From: Marsupella aquatica
Taxonomy: Eukaryota; Plantae; Marchantiophyta
Assembly: GCA_973895155.1 (NCBI GenBank)
Contig: OZ316891.1
Span: 15,345,037-15,409,036, forward strand
Direction of reading: 5' to 3'
Length of the DNA: 64,000 nucleotides
Positions 42,968 through 53,269 of this stretch are shown in pieces (position 1 is the first letter of the stretch; every line of letters begins with the position of its first letter). The notes beneath the pieces are model-generated. The model was given only the letters and a program-made list of their open reading frames with translations, made no database searches and had not been told where the DNA came from. The translations under genes were made by a program, and so were the position numbers.

Positions 42968-43873
42968 TTACTTATTGGACTTATCCCGAGCTTCTATAGC
43001 ACGGTCTTTCTTGGCAGATAAGTATTTCATAAATTCGTCAAACTTTTCTAAATGGTCTTTATTCCCCTGATTACGAATGATCACGTTTCTCCTCCAAAGA
43101 TTCGTCTTATCAATATAATCTTTCTCAAGATTTTCTTGAGAGAACGTTGGAATCCCATATCCACTAAGGAGCTCACGGAATGTCAACTTGTCAATTGACA
43201 TGTCGCATAGATATGGATATAGTTTCTTTCTAAAAAATAGGTCATCATCGAGCCCAGAATATGCATCGGGATAGAGCGATGAATAGAAGTCATTAAGGCT
43301 CGTCTTATATGCAGCGTCATCGATAAGAATGACATTCTCGATGTTGTAATCTTTAATATCGGCGGCAATGTCCGAGAGACATTTGACAAATAAAGGGATG
43401 TCATTATTATTCTTCCCAATAAGTCGAGTTGATTCTTGTCCCCATATAAATTTAATACGTTTCAAAACTTCGGGTCGAAGTATCAACCTTACACAAGATA
43501 GAATATTTTGTTTGAACATGCACGACCAGATCGCAATGTCGTATAGATCTGCCACCTTCTCAAGAAATTCCATTAAATGAGGCCTTGGATAGATAACCTT
43601 GTGCATCTGTCTCACACCCCTTGATCGAATGGGCATCCCAGGTCTGATCTTCTCTGACCAGATAAGTACCCGATTCAGATCAAAAATTACAAGTCTCTTC
43701 TGAACCGGTGACTTCTTTGCCGATGGATTAGGCGCCATCTGTACCTGTGATTTTTGTGCCGCAGGGTTTGGAGAACGTACTAGAACGGTCTGTTTGTTTC
43801 CCGCCTCCGGACGATCACCGGACTTCCGGACTGGTGCCTTCGATACTCGATCAGGGGGTTTCGGGATAGGCTT
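42968..43873 (-). CDS. FCP1/SCP-like HAD phosphatase domain exon (DLNxxL subtype)
   Basis: RLVIFDLNRVL, YPRPHLMEFL, YDIAIWS, FIWGQES, LFVKCL, ENVILIDDAAYK. Confidence 0.88.
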   Translation of the reverse strand, partial: KPIPKPPDRVSKAPVRKSGDRPEAGNKQTVLVRSPNPAAQKSQVQMAPNPSAKKSPVQKRLVIFDLNRVLIWSEKIRPGMPIRSRGVRQMHKVIYPRPHLMEFLEKVADLYDIAIWSCMFKQNILSCVRLILRPEVLKRIKFIWGQESTRLIGKNNNDIPLFVKCLSDIAADIKDYNIENVILIDDAAYKTSLNDFYSSLYPDAYSGLDDDLFFRKKLYPYLCDMSIDKLTFRELLSGYGIPTFSQENLEKDYIDKTNLWRRNVIIRNQGNKDHLEKFDEFMKYLSAKKDRAIEARDKSNK

Positions 43874-43959
43874 CTGTAAAACATTAAGAAATGAAAATAA
43901 GTTTATAACGCGAACGGTCGTGTGACTACAAAGAGAGACACTGAAATGAAGTGTATTAC

Positions 43960-44748
43960 CTGTACAAGATGGTCGTTCAGTGCTAGAATTCCACCGGAAA
44001 TGCCAATCATAGCAGCACGGATCCCGGTAACTAGGTTACTTGCGGACGTCGGCTTGCGGAAGTCCATGTCAAATAACGACAAGACTATCTCCCTACGGAA
44101 TTTCTCAATTTGATCCGTGGAAAAATTAATTCCGTTTCCTTGACACAAGCACTTGGCGTATCTCAAGATAAACACACCACAACTGTGGCCATCACTCTGG
44201 TGAGGAATATCATTCCGATATATCTGTTCCCAACCTGAGAGATCCAAGTTGACACCAGTTCTCCAGCCAATTTCGTCGGCGTAGTACTTCCCAACAATAT
44301 CTAGCACCCCAGGATTCTGTCGATTATGAACTAGAGAATCTAGGTACTCCAGCCGTTTCTTCTTCGGATACAAGACTACCAATGACCAATGTTCTTTCAC
44401 AGCATTGTGTACTGGAAAGACCAGTTTGTCGTATTCACTGATTTTTAGCAGAAACTCCTTTGTCCAAGCTGCCCTCTCCTCGTCAAAAATGGTAGGATCC
44501 ATGGAGAGAAGCTCAAAATGGTGTGTTTGGAAGAATTTGACAAGGTCTGACTTTCCAACTCTATCGAGAATCAGTTCGAGAAAACTCAAATAAGCGTTAA
44601 TTATATCATCGGTGAGCAACTCGCGCGGTCTCAAACACATCATATGTTTCCTCTTTATCGAGTGTTGTAAGAACTTGGTCAATAGCTCTTCCATATCCTT
44701 AGAAGGATCAAGGCATTGATCTATTCGACTAGCCAAATTTTCAAAAAA
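43960..44748 (-). CDS. Ulp1/SENP-family (peptidase C48) SUMO protease domain exon
   Basis: LRPRELLTDDIINAYL, KLVFPVH...EHWSLVV, LEYLDSL, IPHQSDGHSCGVF. The His-Asp-Cys triad and the oxyanion Gln are present. Confidence 0.92.
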
Positions 44749-45559
44749 CTGCAAAAAACAGAGATTTCAATACGCCTTCAAATAACGTACTGAGGTTGTA
44801 GCCTAAGGGTTGTAGCCTCAGAAAACAAAAACAATAACAGATCAATAATAAAATAATGACGTCTATAATAGAAACTTTAAGCTTATAGCTTGCGAATGAC
44901 CTTTGGATTGGGTGGATCCGGCCTTTTTGCAGCTGATCTCTTGGGTGCCTCAATCGCAACAACATCCTTCAGCCCTCCTCGAGACCGCAGTGATCGCTCC
45001 ACCGGACCAGTTTGCGAAGGTTGGAGCGATGAGGCGGGAAGACCTTCAAATGGTTGTGGCATTTGATTCAAATATTCCACAATCTGGGAATCCGATTCCA
45101 AAATATCCGGTGCCACAATTTCTACGTGAGTCACCTCTGCAATATATCGAGGTCGAGACCACGAACCCGGTCGCGTCAAGTCAGCTGTTAGTCTCTTAAC
45201 GACTTGAGCCGAGTCTGGTGCCAAAAACGTTCCCAGGTCTGGCACTCGATTCTCGGAAAAGCGCACATTATTGATGATTGTCTCCATTCTGGATGCAGTG
45301 GCAGTCTTCTCCTCGGTAATCAAAAGCTTCCAATATTGCAAAGCAAGGACTGCCTAGACTCGAAGCTACTCCGGTGAATATTTATTCCAATCATCCAATG
45401 AGACTGTACTTAAGGGTGGATCGTTAAATTCAAACTCCGGGCGAAGAAAATAGTCTAATATTTTCTTCTTAATTGCAACTGAGGGTGAAGAAGGCTTCTT
45501 CAAATTTAGCCTTATTTTCGGTAGACGTTGTGCCTCAGGAATAAGCGAAAGATCCTTGG

Positions 45560-46200
45560 CCCTCTCGGCCTCCTTCCTCGCTGCCTCCAGTCTTGCGGCT
45601 TCTTCTCTCTCCAGTCTTGCGGAATCGACCTTTTCTGCCTCCAACTTCTCCGCCTCCACCCTCTCTGGTCTTGCGGTCTCGTCCGCCATCCTCTCGGCCA
45701 GCAGCCTCTCAGCCGCCACACTCTCCGCCTTGGCCCTATTTTCCTCTGTCACTAAAAGGACTCTCGCAGCCTCCGCGTTCTCGGCCTTCGCTTTCTCCGC
45801 CTGGGCTTTCTCAGCCTCCGCTTTCTCAGCCTGGGCTTTCTCAGCCTCCGCTTTCTCCGCCTGGGCTTTCTCGGCATCCGCTTTCTTCGCCTGGGCTTTC
45901 TCGGCATCCGCTTTCTCCGCCTGGGCTTTCTCAGCCTGGGCATTCTCAGCCTCGGCTTTCTCCTTCTTCTTCGCGGCAGTTGCTTTTCTAGCTGTTGCCT
46001 TTTTCTTCTTAACCTCCTTCTTTTGAAGCTCCTCTTGTCGGGCCGCATCCTGCCGGGCCGCCTCCTCCAGCCTGGCCGCCTCCTACCGGGCCGCCTCCTC
46101 TCTGGCCTCCTCCTGCCGGGCCGCCTCCTCTCTAGCCTCCTCCTGCCGGGCCGCCTCCTCTCTGGCCTCCTCCTGCCGGGCCGCATCCTCTCGGTCCACC
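45560..46200 (-). repeat. Coding tandem repeats (EEAARQ/EEAR and AEKAQ/AEKAE units) forming a coiled coil
   Basis: 15-bp units such as TCAGCCTCCGCTTTC and TCCGCCTGGGCTTTC at about 45770-45960. 30-bp units CCTCCTCCTGCCGGGCCGCCTCCTCTCTGG at about 46050-46190. Confidence 0.9.
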
Positions 46201-48059
46201 TCATGTCGAGGCTCCTGTGTGGCCTCTTCATCAAAGTCCTCAGCGTCCTCGGAACCCTCCATCTCCTCGTCCTCTTCATCAGCGTTCTCAATGTCCTTCA
46301 TCTCCTCTCCGTCACTCTCTTCATCTCCTCTATTGTCGGAATTTCCGACGTTGTTCTGCGTATCGGTCATCCACTCTGGATCTTGGTCATTGACATCCCC
46401 ATCCGCGTCACCTTCCACGTCATCTTCCCCCTCACCATCCGCATCACCATTGCTCCCTGCATCCTCAACATTGAAGCCGCAGTCGACTTGATCTGAATAA
46501 AATCAGATCATTTGATAAGAATGACTCACGCGCATATTCGCGTGAAAAGAAATGTTATGAATGTCCACGCGCATGTTCGCGTGACGCAATAAAAAGTAAG
46601 AGGTTTCAAAAGTAACTTACCTTGGATTGGCCCACTAGGGTACTCCGTTGGTCGAATGTACAATCGATCGGAATCTTCAGAGAGTGCATACTCTTGCAAT
46701 AATTGATTACAAATATTATCAGGGATATGTTGTTCGTGGAGGACATCCAAAACATCAGCCCTGAGAGCAGTTACGGATGGACGGTACTTCATTAATTTAT
46801 CTATACATTTTTCTATACTAGCCCGTACTGGGTCAATCAATGACAGCATTGTATCAATTGTCGTCGTGGTGTGTTGCAAGAAACAAGACAACTCCCTATG
46901 CGTTGCCACAGGGTAGTAATATTTTACATTGGATCCAGCATCCCGTAAAAAAAGCTGAAATTAGTTCACAATATTAATTGAGAATATAATAATCTAAATA
47001 ATCTTAAAATCGAAACCCCAAAATATAAATCTCAAAACTTACCATTAAGCACTGGATCAAGTTCGTTCCCTCACCGAAGCATATAGCCCATTCCCCACAT
47101 TGGATGAATTGACTAACAATACTTTCAAAGAATGGAAGTATCTTTTCTGGGGAAGGTGTCGTGAACTCGCCGCTCTCTTCAAAATTGGCTATCTTCTCAA
47201 TCTGATATTTGGAGACCAATTGGAACTCGAGGGCTTGTGGATCGCCCATTGTGCTGAAGGCCAAGCTGTGAAAAGCGTAAGTTACAATAAGCTTCTTCTC
47301 CTTCGGCCGCTTCTGAATATAATGGCTATCGACAGCAACGTAGTGTGTGTACTTCCCTAATTCCCGTTTGATTAAGTAAGACTCAACGGGAGAGGCTACA
47401 ATAATAACCACATGGTGTGGTTTTGCCCCTATCTCGCTAGTAGCACGAAATAACCCCTCATAGAATGAGCAATTTGGCGGACGCAAATCTCCCATTGATG
47501 AGGGATCAAAATAAATCAAGCTCGCAAGGTTCTTGTCTTCACGTATGATACAGTCTGCAAACCCAGCATTTTGTATATCCTGCAGGGATCGCAATTTCAA
47601 CCTCTCACCGACCGGCTGCACTAGTTGGTTTCCTTGACTATCAACTGATTTCTGTATTCCTTCGACCAACCTGTAGAATATAGGGTCGATCTCCTTCAAC
47701 AAATTATCATTACTAATATTTACATTTAACACTAGTACATATTAAGCTGATTTTCGATGCTCAATTTTTGCGAACAATCGGCGTCCGATTCTTTTAGCAT
47801 CGGAAATTCCGATTATCAAAAAATGGCAATATGCCATACTCTCGGCTTTGAATATCTTCATTTCCGATATAATTGACAACGGAACCTTTCCGATGCGTTA
47901 AAAAACGGATCATATCTGTTAGAAAACACATCGGATCCCTCAACAAAAACTTTGATTGATATGTCCGATGTTTTTTGTAACGAAAATGATGTGCGTTACA
48001 ATATTGATCGGAAACTTTCCGTAGTTAATAATAACGGATATTATATCCGATTGTGCTAA

Positions 48060-48216
48060 CATGGCAAAGTCCGATGTTAGGAGAATGGGAAAGTCCGATG
48101 CTAGAAGAATGGGAAAGTCCGATGCTGGAAGAATGGGAAAGTCCGATGCTGGGAGTATGGGAAAGTCCGATGCTAGAAGAATGGGAAAGTCCGATGCTGG
48201 GAGTATGGGAAAGTCT
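48060..48216 (+). repeat. 21-bp tandem repeat (GAATGGGAAAGTCCGATGCTA-like), CACTA subterminal
   Basis: About 7-8 copies, with an inverted counterpart at 49063-49245. Confidence 0.95.
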
Positions 48217-49062
48217 GGTTATGACAAAAAGAAATTTTTTGATTGTGTTAGAATGAAAAGTTTTGATGTGTTAGATGGGGTATGTGGTTGCACCGATATA
48301 CTCTTCCCAAAAGATGCAATCATTCTTGCATGCATGAATAACTTCATACTTGAGGCAAATGGACTTGAGTGTTGTTTTTGCCTCATTCCAAGACCCAACA
48401 TATTGTTCCCTTACGGAAATATGTGCTCTACATGCCAAGTCCAAAATACATCATCTAGAAGGAGGTTGCTTGTCCCATGTAGTCTTTGTTGCAAGTCCAA
48501 CAACAACATAGTTGATAAAAGATGAGACAATCAGGAGCCATTGACGCTGAGGCTTTGGAAGGACCAAAATATCATCCATAACTAATAAGCCATAATTATC
48601 CCATATCAAATCTAATGAAGGAGGGCTTTACTATCGATGAATGACCCCTGCCAGATTTCTATTGGTTTCTCCTAGGGGAATGTAATAGGGTAACTAGAAT
48701 AGGTCACTTGATGCAAAGATCTAATCTCATGATAGAGAAAAATGGATCAAGAATGGGTCCAAATTATGGGTCTTAGTAAACTCACAAGTGTATAAAATCC
48801 CCAAACACTCTAAGTCAAACAACAAAAGTGCTAAGCTTGCATGTACAATGTAAGGAATAAGAACCACAAAGTTAAGCTCATGTTGGAGGAATAGCAATTG
48901 GGATGGGTGACCAATTAGTTGAGAAAATTTGAAGAGTTCACATGTCAAGGGAGATGGGCACCTAGCTCATAGTTCCAAATGAAAGTAGAAACCCAATTAA
49001 AGGAAGAGATGGGTGACCTGAGCATGTCGCGTCCGCTGAAATGCATATCCCATTTTGATTGC

Positions 49063-49245
49063 TTCGGACTTTCCCATTCTCCTAGCATCGGACTTTCCCA
49101 TTCTCCTAGCATCGGACTTTCCCATTCTCTCACCATCGAACTTTCCCATTCTCCTAGCATCGGACTTTCCCATTCTCCCACCATCGGACTTTCCCATTCT
49201 CCCACCATCGGACTTTCCCATTCTCCCACCATCGGACTTTCCGAT
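49063..49245 (-). repeat. 21-bp tandem repeat (CATCGGACTTTCCCATTCTCC-like), inverted partner of the 48060 array
   Basis: About 8-9 copies. Confidence 0.95.
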
Positions 49246-51423
49246 AGAAGTCCGATTGTCGATATCCGATACTATTAAAATGGCATGTTGCGATGCTAGT
49301 AGTATTGGATATATGGTTTTTCAAATTTTATTTTACAAAGGTGTCCGATGTGGAGAGAATCAAAAAAAGGAGGTAAAATGTACTAGTGTAAGCACTTCTT
49401 CAGATAACCACTCAACGCATCTCTCAACTGATTCAGGACCATCTTGTCGAGCTTAAAGCAATCAATCATTCCTTTGACCCGCAATTTCCGCGCTGAATCT
49501 GTCAGACTTTTCAGCTCCATCCAGGTGGATGTTTCCCCATTGAGTTTACTCAATAATAAAATCTCAAACTCAACTTTCGTCTTCTTCTTTATACAGAATT
49601 GCTCCAAACTCATGCTGGTCGTTGACAACACTGGAGCCTCAGAGGACTTCCTCGCCTTCCCAGATTTCACTTTGATGCTTCAGTTTTTGAGTATAGACAA
49701 TCTTCCGCTCAACATATATTCCGCTGCCTTTCGAAGAACCGAGTCTGAGCACCCTTGACAAGAACGGAACGTCTTCTTCAGAAGATGATAAGCACACGGA
49801 TTATCCACAATTTTGACGGCGTCCCTCTGTAAAATTCCGTTGTAAATTACAAGCTCTCCTGTCCTTGATAGTTCGTAGACCTCCATCCACTTCTTGAATG
49901 TTTCGTCCTCCATTGTAAAGAGAAACGGAGCCAATTCTCCAAATTTCATCATTTCGTTCTTCCCCATTTGAGCCCATGGGCAAACAAAACTCGTAGCTCT
50001 CATAAATACCTGAAAAACAATGGAAACATGACAATTCTAAGCTTGACGCGACCAGTCGCGTGATAAAAGTTTACACGAAAATGTGATCGAAGAGGGTTAT
50101 TTATATACCTTCCAATTTGGATGACGATAATGTGATCCAGGCCGCCCAAATGAGTTCCAGATATTACGATACTGTCGTACAATGGTGAGAAACTGTCCTT
50201 CTTCCATTGATGTTTGATGACAGTGGTTCAGAGCTTTCCATAATCCCATCAAATGAACATTATTGTCGTTGTTGAGCGTTGCCCAAAACATTACAGCTTC
50301 TACAGTACCGCAAGCGTCTCATACAACTTGGCTGACTTTGTCGTCCTCTCTCAGCAATTTGTACGCCATTATTGTGTGCTGGCCTCCGAGTATCCAGAAA
50401 TGACTGGTCATAATGTCCTCCTCCTTTGGCGATGAATCGTAGGGCGTCCCATTGTAGGCGGGATCTCTGTCGGCCTCCGACTGAACCCACTTCACAGGGA
50501 CTAAAAAGCAGCATCGCTTCTCGAACTTTATAGCCGAATGAGAGAGGAGTGAATTCTTTAGCCTATCTGTGTAATCATGATTCCACTCTCGGCACTTGAT
50601 GTGGTCCGGTGCAAGATGACAACGTGATGTCTCAACAAAAAATGACTTGCTGTTAAATATATTCACAACACTATATTCTTTGAGGAAAGAATCGAACAGA
50701 GCCCCGACATTCGCTGAGGTAATTACTTTCGGAAGATTCTCCGCCGAGTATACTTCAACCTTGCTAACTGGCGGGGCCTTTCCCAAGCGAAATCCCTGGT
50801 TGAAAGGAACTCTCTGGAACTCAAGTACGTCAATAATATATTGACAAATCAAATCTCCCGTTGATGCCTCTGGATCGGAAGGATATCCCACACTAGTAAC
50901 CTTTTCCAAGGCGTGCCTTGCACCTAGAAGATAATCGATTCTAGGCTGATTGAAGGTTACATATTGCGTTCGATCCAAACAAATACTTATTTTGTCTTCC
51001 TGCTGGTCGTCGCTGACTAGCAGAACCAATCCCTCTGTACACTCTTTAACTTTCATGTTCTTCTCAAAGAAACACCCGAGAATTTTTGATCTCTCCAAAA
51101 CTGTAGCTTTATCATTTCTTGCCACCACAAGACGGACAACCCCATTGCGAACGACTATTCCAAAATCGGATATCTCAGTCGATTCAAAGAGATGGATACT
51201 CTTTGTCTCCGTTGTTCTCTCTCTGATTGACTTTCCTCGATATGCAAGTATGGATGTCTCCGTGGGAGTCATTTTTGTCTTGGTTTTCTTTCAAGAAGCA
51301 GCTTTAGACGAGTCTCTTTTCCGCTTTGAGGTTCCGGTAGGATCCATTATGAAACAGACAAAATATTGAAAGTTAAACGTTTATTATAAAATACTAACAC
51401 GCGTTTGGTTGCGTCGTGCCGAA

Positions 51424-51954
51424 TTACATTTTAGGAACATTTATCCTGACCCAATCTTCTCGCTCATCTTCATCTAACCAAAACCAAAGGTTCCTAAACG
51501 TGTCAAGTTCAGATCCTTCAAATCCACCCAGAATATCCAGCGGCGGGAGAGTTCTGATGGATTCTGTAAATCTTAATGCTACACTCCGTGAAGTCAAATG
51601 CCTTCGAAGCGATTCATATCCTGGTCTATCAGTGAAGTCGTAAGCTACCAAGGTGACTGTCGCCCAAGTACCACTATAAGTAACTATGTGGCACCACTTC
51701 TTACTGACTGTTCGAATGGCGATCAAGTCCATGACCCGATTTTTAATCGCAGTATCCGACAAATTCCCAAGACAGTGGAAAAACTCTTTGACTAATGGCC
51801 AAATATATTTCTCGACAATATCGTCCGGAAGACCGGGTATCAGGTCTTCAGCTTGACTCCATATCATGTTTCGGTTCATAACCTTTGCACGTGCAATGCG
51901 CTCCATCATCATTTGACGATGAGATTTTCGATTCATGTCAAAGGACTGCAGCAT
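51424..51954 (-). CDS. F-box-like protein (paralog 1)
   Basis: LIPGLPDDIVEKYIWPLV ... IRTVSKKWCHIV, an F-box signature split by an insertion. Confidence 0.62.
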   Translation of the reverse strand: MLQSFDMNRKSHRQMMMERIARAKVMNRNMIWSQAEDLIPGLPDDIVEKYIWPLVKEFFHCLGNLSDTAIKNRVMDLIAIRTVSKKWCHIVTYSGTWATVTLVAYDFTDRPGYESLRRHLTSRSVALRFTESIRTLPPLDILGGFEGSELDTFRNLWFWLDEDEREDWVRINVPKM

Positions 51955-52153
51955 AATATGGAAAATATTAAGAACAAGAACCTATCCATTAAGAACTGGG
52001 ACCACCGAAATTCTGAGAAAATCTACCAAACCTTTCGATTAGGACATCTCGTTCTTCCTCATCTAAATTGTTATATTTGTTCGTAAACAATGCGATTTCG
52101 TCAGAAGTAGTAGTCCCAAGAACAGATATTTCTGGAAGGATAGAAATATCCTG

Positions 52154-52555
52154 TCAAATAACTCGACAGACTGAGTCAAACTCCAACTCCTCAGTTTCGG
52201 GTATGTCGTAAAGAGCATCATTTGCGACATCGACTATCCGGTTTGCTTGTTTGAGGATAGCCCATAACCTTGTATTTGTAACTAAAAAGTTCCACTTCTT
52301 GCTACAAGCTCCAAGCCGAATAAGGTCTCGGACCCTATCGATAACCAAATCGTTATCGAGGTGTCGATATCCACGCAATCTTTCAATTGAAATAAAGTGT
52401 TCGTAGAGTATTGGCCAAATGTTTGAAATGACCAAAACATCTGGTATTCCTCCAATGAGACTAGAGGAGGTTTCATCCAGCGTATCCCATATTGTTTTCT
52501 GTTTCTTTTCATGAGATGAAAGGAAATCTCGAGCCTCATTCAAAAGTTGGTTCAT
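52154..52555 (-). CDS. F-box-like protein (paralog 2)
   Basis: LIGGIPDVLVISNIWPIL ... LGACSKKWNFLVTNTRLW. Confidence 0.6.
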   Translation of the reverse strand: MNQLLNEARDFLSSHEKKQKTIWDTLDETSSSLIGGIPDVLVISNIWPILYEHFISIERLRGYRHLDNDLVIDRVRDLIRLGACSKKWNFLVTNTRLWAILKQANRIVDVANDALYDIPETEELEFDSVCRVI

Positions 52556-52620
52556 CTTGCTTTTATCATATCACAAAACATTGTTAGAAGACATACGACG
52601 CGCTTGGTCACGTAAGTTAA

Positions 52621-53208
52621 CTAGAATTCTTTAAAAGCGTAGATGTCACCCTCAAGGTATCCAATTTCGTGGCATCTGACTGTAAATTTCCATTTTTCAA
52701 GAGGGTGAAGAGCATCGTAAGTCTTCGTGAAGAGTTCCCTAAGATCTCTGGACATTGACCCCATGAATTTAATTCTTGGGTATTTCTGGAAGAAACTTTG
52801 AACTGTCGATGAGAGAGACTCATTTCCGATCGGTTTAGTAGGATTTCCTGGGAAAGCCAAATCTAATAAACTCAACTTGATTACACCCAGAAGATAGGTA
52901 TTCCCAACAAGGTGGCGCCATCTGCGACACACCGAAGATAGTCCTACAAACTCATCCAATTCCTTTATTGAGAAATTTCCTGCATTAATCGAGGAATTAA
53001 AAGTCTCCTGGATCCGAGGCCATATCAATTCCGTGACAATAAAATCTGGAAGTCCTGGTAGTAGTGTTTCAACAAATACAGAATATCCCGCAAGTAGACC
53101 ATCTTGGCTTCTGTCCAAAATGTCAAATATTGGGCATAGATATCTGAAGCTCTCCAGACCAGGTTCGCCCATGACTCTTTTCAGCCAAATGATATATCCC
53201 AGATTCAC
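52621..53208 (-). CDS. F-box-like protein (paralog 3)
   Basis: LLPGLPDFIVTELIWPRI ... LSSVCRRWRHLV. Confidence 0.62.
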   Translation of the reverse strand: MNLGYIIWLKRVMGEPGLESFRYLCPIFDILDRSQDGLLAGYSVFVETLLPGLPDFIVTELIWPRIQETFNSSINAGNFSIKELDEFVGLSSVCRRWRHLVGNTYLLGVIKLSLLDLAFPGNPTKPIGNESLSSTVQSFFQKYPRIKFMGSMSRDLRELFTKTYDALHPLEKWKFTVRCHEIGYLEGDIYAFKEF

Positions 53209-53269
53209 GCGACTGGTCGCGTCTACAAATCAGAATGCATAAACAATTCTTTGATAGATTGATCATAAA

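Larger units (their letters stand above)
47730..49388. mobile_element. Non-autonomous CACTA (En/Spm) element, 1,659 bp
   Basis: TIRs CACTAGTACAT and ATGTACTAGTG. 3-bp TSD TAA at 47727-29 and 49389-91. Many TCCGAT/ATCGGA subterminal motifs. Removing it restores the reading frame ...KKCL-NVNISNDN.... Confidence 0.95.
42968..51347 (-). pseudogene. Spliced multidomain gene (about 2,054 aa reconstructed): ParB-like, N4/N6 MTase-like, acidic and coiled-coil repeats, Ulp1 (C48) protease, FCP1-like phosphatase
   Basis: Exons: 51347-50109; 50009-47043 (minus the CACTA insert); 46954-46621; 46492-44901; 44748-43960; 43873-42968. All junctions are GT-AG and phase-compatible. Six in-frame stops (51291, 50319, 49680, 46083, 45366, 45354) and no frameshifts. 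Confidence 0.78.

Noticed and set aside
45512-46496. Overlapping Arg-rich, Pro-rich and Ala/Ser-rich ORFs
   Set aside because: They are alternative-frame or antisense shadows of the EAAR/AEKA coiled-coil exon.
48053-49456. ORFs with WESPMLGE / MGKSDARR / SDFPILL peptide repeats
   Set aside because: They are translations of the CACTA 21-bp subterminal arrays and are open in several frames on both strands.
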